Shown here: positions 33,087 through 44,480 of the stretch, piece by piece
How the letters are laid out: every line of letters begins with the position of its first letter
How positions within the stretch are numbered: position 1 is the stretch's first letter
NCBI GenBank assembly: GCA_000634115.1
Contig: JFLJ01000123.1
Coordinates: 8,193-72,192, forward strand
DNA: 64,000 nucleotides
Origin: Prochlorococcus sp. scB241_528O2
Lineage (GTDB): Bacteria; Cyanobacteriota; Cyanobacteriia; PCC-6307; Cyanobiaceae
Direction: 5' to 3'
The notes under the pieces: model-generated
Database searches by the model: none
Told to the model about the DNA's origin: nothing
What the model saw: the letters and a program-made list of their open reading frames with translations, nothing else
Translations under genes and position numbers: made by a program

Positions 33087-34607
33087 ATGCCTATAAAAAA
33101 AGTTCTTCCAAAAAAGTCATTAGGTATACTTATGCATCCCACATGTTTGCCAGGTGGGAACGAATGTGGAACATTTGGCAAAGTGGCTAAAGAGTGGTTA
33201 AAAAAACTCCATAAACATGGCATTGAATACTGGCAATTTTTACCTCTTACGCCTACTGATTCTTTCGGTTCACCATATAGTTCACCATCTAGTTTTGCGC
33301 TTAACCCATGGTTTCTTGATTTAGATGATTTAATTGAAAAAGGTTTTATACTTACATCTAATAAAGAAGAATTAGGCCTCGTAAGTCAGAACAAGAATTA
33401 TTTTGATTTTGATGTTGCGGATGCTTTAACAAAAAAATTAGGTCAACTCCTTTTGAAAGATTGGAGCTCCCAATCTGAAGAGAGAAAACTTAATTTTTAT
33501 AAATGGATTAGTAATAATTCATGGGTTGAAGATTATGCAACTTTTGTTGTTATAAGAGAGGAGTTCAATATGTTGCCTTGGTGGCAATGGCCTCATGAAT
33601 TTAAAACAAAAAATGATAAGTTTTTAAAATCATGGATTAAGAAAAAGAACGAAGAGATCCTTATTAAAAAATTAATACAATGGCATTTAGATGAGCAATG
33701 GAATGGAATTAAAAACTTTGCAAAATCATGTAATATTAAGCTAATAGGAGATTTGCCCTTTTATGTCTCTAGGGACAGTGCTGAAGTGTGGAGTAATAAA
33801 TCACTATTTTCAATTTTAAAGAATGGAGATTTAATATTTCAAAGTGGTGTACCACCTGATTATTTTTCATCAACAGGACAACTGTGGGGGACCCCAACAT
33901 ACTTTTGGGCAAAACATAAAAGGACTAATTTCAATTGGTGGAGAAAAAGATTTAAAAGGCAATTTGAACTAGTTGATTTATTGAGATTTGATCATTTCAG
34001 AGGTTTAGGAGGGTATTGGAGAGTTAATGGCAAGTCAAAATCGGCAATTCATGGCAAATGGATAAACTCTCCTGGGAGACAACTATTAAATAAAATAAAA
34101 CAAGATTTAGGGACTGACTATCTACCAATTATTGCGGAGGATCTGGGAGTAATAACCCCAGATGTAGAAAAATTAAGAAAAAAATTTGAACTCCCTGGCA
34201 TGAAGATATTACAATTCGCTTTTGATGGCAACGAAGATAACCCATATTTGCCTAAGAATATTGAAGGAGAAAATTGGGTTGTTTATACTGGTACTCATGA
34301 CAACTCTACTGCCCTATCATGGTGGGAGTGTTTGGAAAATAATACAAAAAAGAAAGTAAAAGATGAGTATAAATTTTCAGAAAATCCTTCGTTGAGTTTA
34401 ATAGAAATTGGGATGAACACAAATGCGAATCTCTTTATCGCACCAATACAAGATATTTTATCCCTAGATGACTCAAGTAGATTAAATAAACCTGGTACTA
34501 CAAAAAATAACTGGAAATGGAAGTTAAATATACCTTTAGAAGAAATAGAAGAAAATATTAAACTTTTTAGTAAGCTAGGAAATAATTTTGGGAGAACTAG
34601 AAAATAG
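33087..34607 (+). CDS. malQ: 4-alpha-glucanotransferase (GH77)
   Basis: SPYSS, GVPPDYFS.TGQLWG, RFDHFRG, IAEDLG, YTGTHDN. Confidence 0.96.
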   Translation: MPIKKVLPKKSLGILMHPTCLPGGNECGTFGKVAKEWLKKLHKHGIEYWQFLPLTPTDSFGSPYSSPSSFALNPWFLDLDDLIEKGFILTSNKEELGLVSQNKNYFDFDVADALTKKLGQLLLKDWSSQSEERKLNFYKWISNNSWVEDYATFVVIREEFNMLPWWQWPHEFKTKNDKFLKSWIKKKNEEILIKKLIQWHLDEQWNGIKNFAKSCNIKLIGDLPFYVSRDSAEVWSNKSLFSILKNGDLIFQSGVPPDYFSSTGQLWGTPTYFWAKHKRTNFNWWRKRFKRQFELVDLLRFDHFRGLGGYWRVNGKSKSAIHGKWINSPGRQLLNKIKQDLGTDYLPIIAEDLGVITPDVEKLRKKFELPGMKILQFAFDGNEDNPYLPKNIEGENWVVYTGTHDNSTALSWWECLENNTKKKVKDEYKFSENPSLSLIEIGMNTNANLFIAPIQDILSLDDSSRLNKPGTTKNNWKWKLNIPLEEIEENIKLFSKLGNNFGRTRK

Positions 34608-34621
34608 GTATTAATTGATGA

Positions 34622-35116
34622 TTATTTATCAATGATTTTATTCTCAATATTTTGAATCTCAATAACATTTACATTTAAAATAAAGTATCTTTTCAATATA
34701 AATATAGTCAGAACTAATATAAGAAAATACAAAAGACTTCCCTGCCAAGTATTTAAAAGATCGAATTTGCTCAAAAGGAGGTCTTTTTTTTCTCTCTTAA
34801 AATTTTCTCTATCTCTATTCGCTAATTCTACTAATGTATTTTTCTTTAAAACTAAGCATTCCTCTAATTTAATTAATATGGACCTTATAAAAGGATACTT
34901 CGGCCTAATAGTTGCATTATTATTTTCAATAGATTTTATTGTTCGTTGAGGAATTTTTGAAATAAATGCCAATTCTTGGATAGTTAGGTTTTGTTGGATT
35001 CTTGCTTCTTTTACTAACTTCGCAATTTCTATATACTTATCAACTACTTCGTAATTGAAATCTTTATTACTTTCATTTTTTTTATTAAATACAAAATGAT
35101 TTTTCAAAATATTCAT
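34622..35116 (-). CDS. HTH plus single TM protein (short RodZ-like)
   Basis: LVKEARIQQNLTIQELA..SKIP....IE HTH, then one C-terminal TM helix. Confidence 0.65.
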   Translation of the reverse strand: MNILKNHFVFNKKNESNKDFNYEVVDKYIEIAKLVKEARIQQNLTIQELAFISKIPQRTIKSIENNNATIRPKYPFIRSILIKLEECLVLKKNTLVELANRDRENFKREKKDLLLSKFDLLNTWQGSLLYFLILVLTIFILKRYFILNVNVIEIQNIENKIIDK

Positions 35117-35229
35117 TGCATTTTCTAAAATTTATTAATTCTTTGACTAGTCAATTATATAAATAAGTAATTTATATAATTTTATCAATTAAAAATCATA
35201 AGTAAATTTATTAAATAAAAATATAAAAA

Positions 35230-36888
35230 CTAAACTGTAGAAATAATATTTTGAACTGCACTTTTTGCAATATTCAAAGGACTAAAAGTATCTCTAATTA
35301 AAACTAAGAGTTTTTTTGCATCAGTAAATTCTAACTTGTCATCTTTTATAAGACTTAATAGAAGATTTTTCCGAACTTCAGATCCCTTTTTACTGACAAA
35401 TAATTTCAAGCCAGCATTAGCAACTGGTATGAGGTCTGGATTAATATTTTCAGAATCTTTAAATAAAATATTCAATAAACTCTCAACTTTATCTATTTGA
35501 ATTCTACCTTCGTTATCAAAAACAACTTCTAAAAGAATTTCTAAAATCTCTTCTGAATTATCAGTAAGTAGTTTTTTAGCTATGTAAGGATATGCTATTT
35601 TTAAAATTTTAAATTCAGGATCTAGTCTTAATGCTAAACCTTCTTGACTAACAACTGCTCTTATTATTAATGCAAATCTACTTGGCACTCTAAATGGATA
35701 AGAATACATTAGTTCTGAAAATTTATCAGTTACATTTTTAAGATTAAAATTCCCAACCTCAGCAGTAAGAGATCCTCCTAGAACTTCTTTTAATGGCGCA
35801 ACAATTGTTTGGAGTTCTTGATCCTTGGTTAAAAAACCTAATTTCTGGAAATCTTTTGCAAGAAGATAATATTCTTCATTTATTATGTGAACAATTGCCT
35901 TAATGAGAGTAATTCTATCCGAATTTGTTATTGTATCCATCATTCCAAAATCTACATAAGCTAAGTTGCCAGAATCTGAATTTCCTCCTTTTAGAGCAAA
36001 CATATTACCAGGGTGGGGGTCTGCATGAAAATATCCATATTCAAACAATTGTTGTAAACCACTTATTACGCAAGTTTTTATAAAAGAAGAAGGTATTAAG
36101 TTATTTTGCTCCAATAAAGCCCTATCTCTTAACTTAACTCCATCAATCCAAGAGGTTGTGATAATTCTTTTAGAGGAGAAACTTTTTTCAAATTTAGGGA
36201 TAAAAACGTTGGGATTATTTTTGAATAGATCTGCAAACTTTAAAGCATTTCCCCCCTCTTTTTCATAGTCAATTTCATCAAAAAGAGCTTTTCCAAATTC
36301 ATCTATTATTTCTCCGATTCCAACTCCAATATTCAAGGGTAAAAAAGGTGAAAAAATCGTTGCTAAAAACCTTAAAATTACAACATCTCTCCTTATAAAG
36401 AAATACAAATTAGGTCTCTGCACTTTCACAGCCACATAAGTATTATTTTTTGTTTTTGCTTTGTAAACTTGTCCTAAGCTTGCTGAAGCAATAGGTCTAT
36501 CTGGGAACTCATCAAATATTTCATTCGCAGGCGCACCAAGTTCGTCTTTAATTATTTTTAAAGCTATTTTGTGATCAAATGGTGGGAGATTGTCCTGTAA
36601 GTTTGTTAGTTCTGTAAGCCAATCTTGTCTAACAAGATCAGGTCTAGTTGAAAGCGCCTGTCCTAATTTTATAAAACATGGTCCCAAATCAGTTATTACA
36701 TCGAACAGATATTTTGAGAGGTTTTTCTGTACATTTTTATTTTTACTGTTACCTTGAAAAAGTAGTCTTATAAAAAGAAAAATAAAAGTTAAAAGGATAT
36801 ATAAAACTCTTGGTATAAAAATCCATGGTCTTAAAGTCAACCAAATCAAGTCACCTTTTGCTGAATATTTCGAATAAGGTTGTGTCAT
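35230..36888 (-). CDS. ABC1/AarF/UbiB family atypical kinase
   Basis: LGPCFIKLGQALSTRPD, ASASLGQVY, VAVKVQRP, FHADPHPGN, DFGM. Confidence 0.93.
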   Translation of the reverse strand: MTQPYSKYSAKGDLIWLTLRPWIFIPRVLYILLTFIFLFIRLLFQGNSKNKNVQKNLSKYLFDVITDLGPCFIKLGQALSTRPDLVRQDWLTELTNLQDNLPPFDHKIALKIIKDELGAPANEIFDEFPDRPIASASLGQVYKAKTKNNTYVAVKVQRPNLYFFIRRDVVILRFLATIFSPFLPLNIGVGIGEIIDEFGKALFDEIDYEKEGGNALKFADLFKNNPNVFIPKFEKSFSSKRIITTSWIDGVKLRDRALLEQNNLIPSSFIKTCVISGLQQLFEYGYFHADPHPGNMFALKGGNSDSGNLAYVDFGMMDTITNSDRITLIKAIVHIINEEYYLLAKDFQKLGFLTKDQELQTIVAPLKEVLGGSLTAEVGNFNLKNVTDKFSELMYSYPFRVPSRFALIIRAVVSQEGLALRLDPEFKILKIAYPYIAKKLLTDNSEEILEILLEVVFDNEGRIQIDKVESLLNILFKDSENINPDLIPVANAGLKLFVSKKGSEVRKNLLLSLIKDDKLEFTDAKKLLVLIRDTFSPLNIAKSAVQNIISTV

Positions 36889-36953
36889 TAATTTTTAAAA
36901 AAAATCAAAGAAAATTCTTGTTAAACCTATTCTATATGCGTCATTAATACTTT

Positions 36954-38345
36954 ATGAGCATTTCATCTTTTCTAACTAAAAAGTTTTTAAAGCCACTTTT
37001 CTTCCCCGCTCATAACAGGGGTGCAGCATTACCAAAGAAATTAATAAAATTACTAAAAAAACCTCCTGGCTTTTGGGACTTACCAGAACTACCAGAAATA
37101 GGAACACCATTATCCAATAGAGGATTGATTGCAAAATCACAAAGAGAATTCTCTGAAAAATTCATGGTGAAAAGATGTTTTTTTGGTGTTAATGGAGCCT
37201 CCGGGTTAATACAATCAGCGGTAATTACCATGGCAAATCCGGGCGAATCTATTCTTATGCCTAGGAATGTCCACATAAGTGTTATAAAAATCTGTGCGAG
37301 TCAAAACATAACTCCAATATTTTTTGACCTAGAATTTTCCTCTGAAACTGGTCATTACAAACCAATAACAAAAAACTGGTTGAAAAATGTATTTAATAAA
37401 ATAAATTTAAATAAGAAAAAAGTTGTAGGTGTTATTCTTGTAAGTCCAACTTATCATGGTTATTTCCAAGATATAAAGCCTTTAATAGATCTTTGTCATC
37501 AAAAAAATTTACCTGTTTTAGTTGATGAAGCTCATGGTTGTTATTTTCTTTTTTGTGAAAACCTTGATTTACCAAAATCCTCTTTATTATCTAATGCTGA
37601 TTTAGTTGTTCATTCATTGCATAAGTCCCTGAATGGATTAACTCAAACGGCGGTGCTCTGGCATAAGGGAGATCTAGTAGATGAACATAATTTAATTAAA
37701 AGTATTAATTTGTTGCAAACTACTAGTCCAAGTTCCTTATTACTTTCTTCTTGTGAAGAATCTCTTAAAGACTGGCTTAATAAAAAAAGTTTATCAAGAT
37801 ATCAAAAAAGAATTTTAGAGGCAAAAACTATCTACAAAAAATTATTACAAAAGAAAATTCCTCTTATTGAAACCCAAGATCCTTTAAAAATAATATTAAA
37901 TACTTCAAAGTTTGGAATTGATGGTTTTACAGCTGACAGTTTTTTTTATAGTAATGGTCTGATTGCTGAATTACCAGAAATTATGACTCTAACTTTTTGC
38001 TTAGGATTTGCAAATCAAAAAGATTTCGTTAATTTATTTGAAAAGGTATGGAATAAATTACTATTAAATTCTAAAAAATCACAAAATCTTAAAGTACTTC
38101 AATCACCCTTTAAATTAGTTCAAGCGCCAGAAATCGAAATTGGAATTGCTTGGAGAAGTAAGACTCATAGTATTCCTTTCTCACAATCATTAAGTAGAAT
38201 TTCTGGAGATATTATTTGTCCCTATCCTCCAGGGACACCTCTACTAGTCCCTGGAGAAAGGATAGACAAAGATAGGTTTAATTGGATAAAAAATCAAAGT
38301 TTATACAACAAAGATCTGTTAAATTTTAATATAAGAGTTCTATAA
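36954..38345 (+). CDS. PLP-dependent Orn/Lys/Arg decarboxylase
   Basis: DLPELP, VNGAS, PRNVH.S, VDEAHG, HSLHKS (PLP Lys), TTSPS, PYPPG. Confidence 0.88.
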   Translation: MSISSFLTKKFLKPLFFPAHNRGAALPKKLIKLLKKPPGFWDLPELPEIGTPLSNRGLIAKSQREFSEKFMVKRCFFGVNGASGLIQSAVITMANPGESILMPRNVHISVIKICASQNITPIFFDLEFSSETGHYKPITKNWLKNVFNKINLNKKKVVGVILVSPTYHGYFQDIKPLIDLCHQKNLPVLVDEAHGCYFLFCENLDLPKSSLLSNADLVVHSLHKSLNGLTQTAVLWHKGDLVDEHNLIKSINLLQTTSPSSLLLSSCEESLKDWLNKKSLSRYQKRILEAKTIYKKLLQKKIPLIETQDPLKIILNTSKFGIDGFTADSFFYSNGLIAELPEIMTLTFCLGFANQKDFVNLFEKVWNKLLLNSKKSQNLKVLQSPFKLVQAPEIEIGIAWRSKTHSIPFSQSLSRISGDIICPYPPGTPLLVPGERIDKDRFNWIKNQSLYNKDLLNFNIRVL

Positions 38346-38360
38346 AATTAGAAATTTGAT

Positions 38361-39218
38361 ATGAGATTTAGAAGCGGATTACTGATAGGAATTTTTGGTT
38401 TAATTGTTGTTTTTTTAGGGGGATGGTTTTTTACAATCGCTACTGCGTTACTTACTTATTTAGCATTATTAGAATTTTTTAGAATGGCTGAATTTAAAGG
38501 AATAAAACCAGCTACAAAAACTACATTATTTTCATGTTTCGTTATTATTATTTCTACCTATCTTGAAACCATAGGTTTGATTGAAGGAGAAATATCAAAT
38601 TCATTTTTGCCTATATGCTCAGTTGGAATATGTACATGGTTACTTTTACAACCAAAATCTGGAACAATTTCAGATATTGCAGCTTCTATTTTTGGCTTAT
38701 TCTATTTAGGTTTTCTACCAAGTTATTGGATTAAATTAAGGGGATTAGAGTCAGTAGTAATAAATTCAAATCAAGGTTTTATTTCGTTTGAAAACTTATC
38801 AAATACTTCAGGTCTACATTTAACTTTAACTTCTTGTTTTTTAATCGTAGCTAGCGATATTGGTTCTTATTTTATTGGGAAGTCATTTGGTAAAACATCT
38901 CTTTCTCCAATATCTCCGAGCAAAACAGTAGAAGGTTTAATTGGAGGAATATCCTGCTCAATTGTAATAGCAATATTTTTCGCATTTTTGCTTAATTGGG
39001 AAAATCCATTTTTCGTCGGAATTTTATATGGAATTTTAATTTCTCTTATGGCATTAGTTGGAGATTTAATTGAATCAATGATGAAGAGGGATGCAAAAAT
39101 AAAAGATTCAGGTACCTTTTTGCCAGGTCATGGAGGAATTCTTGACCGAATTGACAGCTATATCTTTACTCCATCTGTTTTATATTACATCTTTGTAATT
39201 CTCAAGTATTTTAGTTAA
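38361..39218 (+). CDS. cdsA: Phosphatidate cytidylyltransferase
   Basis: SDIGSYFIG, ISPSKTVEG, GDLIESMMKR..IKDSG..LPGHGGILDRIDS. Confidence 0.95.
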   Translation: MRFRSGLLIGIFGLIVVFLGGWFFTIATALLTYLALLEFFRMAEFKGIKPATKTTLFSCFVIIISTYLETIGLIEGEISNSFLPICSVGICTWLLLQPKSGTISDIAASIFGLFYLGFLPSYWIKLRGLESVVINSNQGFISFENLSNTSGLHLTLTSCFLIVASDIGSYFIGKSFGKTSLSPISPSKTVEGLIGGISCSIVIAIFFAFLLNWENPFFVGILYGILISLMALVGDLIESMMKRDAKIKDSGTFLPGHGGILDRIDSYIFTPSVLYYIFVILKYFS

Positions 39219-39232
39219 CTTAAAAAAGTTTT

Positions 39233-40183
39233 TTATTCCAAAAAATAATCCTGAATAATTTTGTCAGACAATGATGGTAAATCAATATGAGGTAGATGAC
39301 CACAATTTTGCAAACCTACAAAATTTAATTTTTCAATTTTTTTTATATTTTTAATCTCTTTTTTTCCAAGAATGCGATCATTTTCTCCACATATTGTTTT
39401 TATTGGGATATTTTGAATATATTTATGAGTTCCAGCAAAACCTCCACTTTTTGCAAATGAAGCGAGTGAATTCCTCCATCCTTTACAACCTAAATGAATT
39501 GAAGCAATTTGCTCTTCCATCTCACCAACACATTTATCTGGATAAGCAAATGCTTGCCTACATAGACTTTTTCTGACTTGAGGCAATCCTAAAAATGAAG
39601 CCCCAATTTGGTTAAGAGGGAAAGGAATAGTTTTAGGTTCTCCGAACAATCCTGCAGGAGATAAAAGGATAATTTTATCTATTGAATTTGGGATTTCAAA
39701 GGCAAGTTTTAAAGCTGTAGATCCTCCCATAGAGGCTCCAATAATTTTCAGATTATCTTTTATTTTTAAGGTTTTAAGGATATCAATTAAATGTAAAATT
39801 ATTTTCGAGGGATCGGATTCTATTGATGCGCACCTAGGACTAAAACCAAAACCAAATAAGTCGGGAATTATAACTTGGAAGTTTATTTTTAATGATTGAT
39901 ATATTCTTCTGAACTCTAAAAAACTACTATCAAAACCATGTAATAGAAGTATAGGTTGACCTTTTCCTCCAATAACTACTGGGAATTTTAAAGAGTTCCA
40001 TTTCTCATTGAGTTTTATCCATTTAACGTCATTTGCCAAATAAAGACCTAATGGATCTAATATAGATATTTTTGCACTCTCAAAAAATGCAACATTTAAA
40101 TCGCTTAATTGTTCGAAATGGGTTTTAGTCAAAAAATTATTATATTTTGATTTTTGTTTGTTCAAAATTTCCAATAACCTCAA
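39233..40183 (-). CDS. Alpha/beta fold hydrolase (true start probably somewhat downstream)
   Basis: LLHGF, DLFGFG, GASMGG nucleophile elbow, GEND, GHLPH. Confidence 0.88.
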   Translation of the reverse strand: MRLLEILNKQKSKYNNFLTKTHFEQLSDLNVAFFESAKISILDPLGLYLANDVKWIKLNEKWNSLKFPVVIGGKGQPILLLHGFDSSFLEFRRIYQSLKINFQVIIPDLFGFGFSPRCASIESDPSKIILHLIDILKTLKIKDNLKIIGASMGGSTALKLAFEIPNSIDKIILLSPAGLFGEPKTIPFPLNQIGASFLGLPQVRKSLCRQAFAYPDKCVGEMEEQIASIHLGCKGWRNSLASFAKSGGFAGTHKYIQNIPIKTICGENDRILGKKEIKNIKKIEKLNFVGLQNCGHLPHIDLPSLSDKIIQDYFLE

Positions 40184-41231
40184 CTATATCTTGCTTACTA
40201 ATTTCAAAAGGTAAGAAGTGAATTTCAGATTTATCTCTAAAAGTAAAATCAGCAATTTTATTTATATTTTGATTTTCAAAAACATTTATTCCTAATTCTG
40301 CAATAGTAGTTGGCAAATCCAATTCTTTCATGAATGCCAACAATTGTTTTATAGATTGATCAGCTAATTTATTATTATTTTTCATTTCTTCAAGTCTTAA
40401 TTGCAATAACAAGCCAACTCCAACAATCTCACCATGAAGGAATTTATTTGGGGTAATTATCTGAGTAATTGCATTGTGAATGGCATGTGCTGCCGCTGTC
40501 CTGCACCTTTCTCCACCAATACCACCCACTAATCCAGCTGTAATTCCACATGCTTCTATCGTATTTCGCCAAGAAGAATTATTTTCAAACTGAGCCATAA
40601 AGGCTTTTTTCCCATCTATTAGTAGTTGATCCCTTAAAACTCTTGATATCTGAATAGCTTGCTGAACAAGACCATCATCAATTGTTGAACTTGTTATTGA
40701 GGATTCATACCATTTTGCTAAAGCATCTGCTATTCCACTTGCAAGAGTCCTTGATGGAGCTGTTTGAATAAATTTATGATCATATACTAGAACTTTTGGA
40801 CAAGTTCTTAATGCAACATCCTTTATAAATTGTCCATTTTTAGTATAAATATTTGATAAAGCAGTCCAACCCGCACATGTAGATGCGCTAAGAGGTATGG
40901 TAATACAAGGGATATTAAGACATTCTGCTAAATATTTTCCTGAATCAAGAACTTTACCTCCTCCAGCTGCGATAACAGAATCATTATTATTATTTAAGAT
41001 TATCTTCTTAACTTTTGAAATATCTTCATAACAACAATCAAATTGTAAATTAACAGAAGTAACATTAAGGTTTAGATTTTTTAAATCTTTAAAAATTTTA
41101 CTTCTCAGATTATGCGTATAAGTGCTTCTGCCTAAAATTAATGGACTTTTAGTTAATTTAATAATTTGAGGTAAGGCTTTTTCCCAAGCATCATTCCCTC
41201 TAAATATGATTTCAGGAGAGATAGACTGCAT
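40140..41231 (-). CDS. gldA: Glycerol dehydrogenase-like iron/zinc alcohol dehydrogenase
   Basis: GGGKVLDSGK, SGIADALAKWYE, AHAIHN, LHGEIVG. Confidence 0.78.
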   Translation of the reverse strand: MQSISPEIIFRGNDAWEKALPQIIKLTKSPLILGRSTYTHNLRSKIFKDLKNLNLNVTSVNLQFDCCYEDISKVKKIILNNNNDSVIAAGGGKVLDSGKYLAECLNIPCITIPLSASTCAGWTALSNIYTKNGQFIKDVALRTCPKVLVYDHKFIQTAPSRTLASGIADALAKWYESSITSSTIDDGLVQQAIQISRVLRDQLLIDGKKAFMAQFENNSSWRNTIEACGITAGLVGGIGGERCRTAAAHAIHNAITQIITPNKFLHGEIVGVGLLLQLRLEEMKNNNKLADQSIKQLLAFMKELDLPTTIAELGINVFENQNINKIADFTFRDKSEIHFLPFEISKQDIVEVIGNFEQTKIKI

Positions 41232-41245
41232 ATTTAAGTTAATTG

Positions 41246-43774
41246 CTAGAAGTTAGCACTTGCTAATTCCTGAGGTGATTCTTCAGATGAAATATTAATT
41301 GTAACTTTTTTATTATCATCTATATCAACTAAAGCTTTATCTCCATCTTTTATCCTCCCCGAAAGAACTTCTTCAGCCAAGCTATCTTCTAATAAACGCA
41401 TAACAGCTCTTCTTAAAGGTCTTGCTCCATAGGAAGGGTTATAACCTTCTTCAACAAGTCTTTCTTTAAAAGCTTCAGTTACATTTAATTTAATGCCTTT
41501 ATCTTGTAATCGTGCAAAAACCTCTTGCAACATTATCTCAGCAATTTCTTTAACTTCATTTTTAGTTAGTTGCCTGAATACAATTATTTCATCAAGTCTA
41601 TTTAGAAATTCAGGTCTAAAGTATTGCTTTAATTCTTCATTAACTAAAGATTTTATTCTATTGTATTGGCTATCTTCAACAGAATCTCCTGAAAATTCAA
41701 AGCCTAAACCACCTCCGCCTTTCTCTATGACTTTAGAGCCAATATTAGAAGTCATAATTAGTAAAGTATTTTTAAAATCTACAGTTCTACCCTTGGAATC
41801 AGTTAATCTGCCGTCTTCAAGTAATTGCAATAATAAATTGAAAACATCTGGATGAGCCTTTTCAACTTCATCAAATAAAACCACTGTATAAGGACGTCTT
41901 CTGACCGCCTCAGTAAGCTGGCCACCTTCGTTAAAACCAACATAACCAGGAGGTGAGCCTATAAGTTTACTAACTGTATGTCTTTCCATAAATTCTGACA
42001 TATCTAATCTAATCATTGCTTCTTCACTTCCAAAGAAATATGAAGCTAGTGATTTAGTTAATTCAGTTTTACCAACACCAGTAGGACCTGAGAAGATAAA
42101 ACTTGCGATAGGCCTATTAGGATTTTTCAATCCAACTCTTGCTCTTCTAATAGCTCTAGAAACAGCCTTTACAGCTTCATCTTGTCCAATAAGTCTTTGG
42201 TGAAGTGTTTCCTCCATATTAAGGAGCTTAACTGACTCGGTTTCTGTTAATTTTTGAACAGGTACACCTGTCCATGAAGCAACAATATGTGCTACGTCTT
42301 CTTCACTAACCTTAGGGTTTTGCAAGGGTTTTGAATCATTTTTAACAGAGCTTTTATCAACATCTGATTGCTCTTCAGATTTAGATTCTTTTTTATTTTC
42401 CAATACCTCTTTAATTTTTGCAGACAGTTCAATCTCTTTTTCTCTTAATTGGCCTGCTTGATCAAAATTTTGATCTCTTACAGATTCTTCCTTTTGTTTT
42501 TGTATTTGTCTTAGTTCTTTATCTATTTGTTTGGCTTCAGGTGGAAGTTTAGAATTTATTAATCGAACTCTACTACCAGCCTCATCGATAAGATCTATAG
42601 CCTTATCAGGTAAAAACCTATCAGATATATAACGATCCCCTAGATGAGCTGCGGCCTCAAGTGCGTCATCAGTAATTTTTAGTCGATGATGTTGTTCATA
42701 ACGTTCTCTAAGACCTTTTAAGATTTCTATTGTATCTTCAATAGAAGGCTCCCCAACCATTACAGGTTGGAATCTTCTTTCAAGAGCAGCATCTCTTTCA
42801 ATATGTTTTCTATATTCATCTAGAGTAGTTGCTCCAATACACTGAAGTTCACCTCTAGCTAATGCTGGCTTCAGAATATTTGCAGCATCTATAGCTCCTT
42901 CAGCAGCTCCAGCACCAATTAAAGTATGCACTTCGTCTATAACAAGTATTACGTTACCTGCAGATTTAATTTCTTCCATTATTTTTTTTAATCTTTCTTC
43001 AAATTCCCCTCTATATTTTGTTCCGGCGACCAAAAGACCTATATCAAGAGTTAAAACTCTTTTATCTTCAAGTATGTCAGGAATATCTCCAGTCTGTATT
43101 CTTTGAGCTAAACCTTCTGCAATAGCTGTTTTACCTACGCCAGGTTCTCCAATAAGAACTGGATTATTTTTTGTCCTCCTACCCAATATTTGAACCACGC
43201 GATCTATTTCTTCATGACGGCCAACTACTGGATCGAGTTTTGATTCACTAGCTAGCTTTGTTAAATTTGTTCCAAATTCATCTAGAGTAGCAGTTTTTAA
43301 ATTACTCTTACTTGAATTTGCACCACTACCAACTTCTGCTGTTTCACCTAACATCCTTACAACTTGAGTTCTCACCTTGGTTAGGTCAATACTTAGATTT
43401 TCAAGAACTCTCGCAGCTACGCCCTCACCTTCTCTTATTAATCCTAACAATAAATGTTCAGTTCCTATATAATTATGGCCCAATTGACGAGCCTCTTCAA
43501 GAGACAATTCCAAAACTCTTTTAGCCCTGGGGGTGAAGGGTATTTCTACAGCAACAAAACCTGAACCTCTACCAATAATCTTTTCAACTTCAATTCTTGA
43601 ATCTTTTAAATTTACACCTAGTGACTTGAGAACCTTAGCTGCTACACCCGTTCCTTCTCCGATTAAGCCTAATAGAATTTGTTCTGTTCCAACGAAATTA
43701 TGACCAAGTCTTCTAGCTTCCTCTTGGGCAAGCATTATGACTTTAATAGCTTTTTCTGTAAATCTTTCAAACAT
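41246..43774 (-). CDS. clpC: Clp protease ATP-binding subunit ClpC
   Basis: MFERFTEKA, two Clp-N repeats, GEPGVGKT and [11 protein letters not shown] ClpP-binding loop. Confidence 0.97.
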   Translation of the reverse strand: MFERFTEKAIKVIMLAQEEARRLGHNFVGTEQILLGLIGEGTGVAAKVLKSLGVNLKDSRIEVEKIIGRGSGFVAVEIPFTPRAKRVLELSLEEARQLGHNYIGTEHLLLGLIREGEGVAARVLENLSIDLTKVRTQVVRMLGETAEVGSGANSSKSNLKTATLDEFGTNLTKLASESKLDPVVGRHEEIDRVVQILGRRTKNNPVLIGEPGVGKTAIAEGLAQRIQTGDIPDILEDKRVLTLDIGLLVAGTKYRGEFEERLKKIMEEIKSAGNVILVIDEVHTLIGAGAAEGAIDAANILKPALARGELQCIGATTLDEYRKHIERDAALERRFQPVMVGEPSIEDTIEILKGLRERYEQHHRLKITDDALEAAAHLGDRYISDRFLPDKAIDLIDEAGSRVRLINSKLPPEAKQIDKELRQIQKQKEESVRDQNFDQAGQLREKEIELSAKIKEVLENKKESKSEEQSDVDKSSVKNDSKPLQNPKVSEEDVAHIVASWTGVPVQKLTETESVKLLNMEETLHQRLIGQDEAVKAVSRAIRRARVGLKNPNRPIASFIFSGPTGVGKTELTKSLASYFFGSEEAMIRLDMSEFMERHTVSKLIGSPPGYVGFNEGGQLTEAVRRRPYTVVLFDEVEKAHPDVFNLLLQLLEDGRLTDSKGRTVDFKNTLLIMTSNIGSKVIEKGGGGLGFEFSGDSVEDSQYNRIKSLVNEELKQYFRPEFLNRLDEIIVFRQLTKNEVKEIAEIMLQEVFARLQDKGIKLNVTEAFKERLVEEGYNPSYGARPLRRAVMRLLEDSLAEEVLSGRIKDGDKALVDIDDNKKVTINISSEESPQELASANF

Positions 43775-43953
43775 TAGAAGATTAAATTCTTACTAATAAC
43801 CTACCAGTAATATGCCAATTTTGTGTTCAGAATGAGCTTTTATGAAGACACAAAAGTATTTTTTATTCAATTAAATTTAACTTTTTTGATGATATAGCAA
43901 CAAATTATAGTAATTTCAAGCATTCTGGTTATCCGCACAATTAAATTTATAAA

Positions 43954-44394
43954 TTATTTTGTAGTTAAAATTTTTTCTTTTAAAAGTGCATCTGAACCAT
44001 CTTTATAGTAATTTCTTCTAATTCCAACAGTGAAAAAATCAAAACGACTATAAAATTTTTCAGCCTTAGTATTACTCTTGGAGACTTCCAATACTAATTT
44101 ATTTATATTTAGACTTTCACATACTTTTATTAAATAGCTCATCAAATAAGACCCTAAACCTTTATTTCTAAATTTCTCATTAACTGCAAAATAATTTATT
44201 TGAACTTCATCAAGAACCATGTGAAGAACACATATTCCAATTACTAAATTTGCGAGTGATAACCCAAAGACTTTTACACCTTCTTTTTTGAATTCGTTAG
44301 CCCACTGCTTTTTACTCCATAACGAAATCGTATTCGAATCTAATTCATAACATAAATCAATATCTTTCTCATTTATTTGTTTAATGGATATCAT
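43954..44394 (-). CDS. rimI: GNAT acetyltransferase (RimI-like)
   Basis: FAV..KFRNKGLG, LEVSKSN..A..FY, RRNYY.DGSDA. Confidence 0.8.
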   Translation of the reverse strand: MISIKQINEKDIDLCYELDSNTISLWSKKQWANEFKKEGVKVFGLSLANLVIGICVLHMVLDEVQINYFAVNEKFRNKGLGSYLMSYLIKVCESLNINKLVLEVSKSNTKAEKFYSRFDFFTVGIRRNYYKDGSDALLKEKILTTK

Positions 44395-44480
44395 TTTATA
44401 GTAGACAAATACTCAAAAGTCTTAATTAAAGTCATTATAAAATATGACAGTTGTAACATAACCCAATTTAGTTTTTCCCT

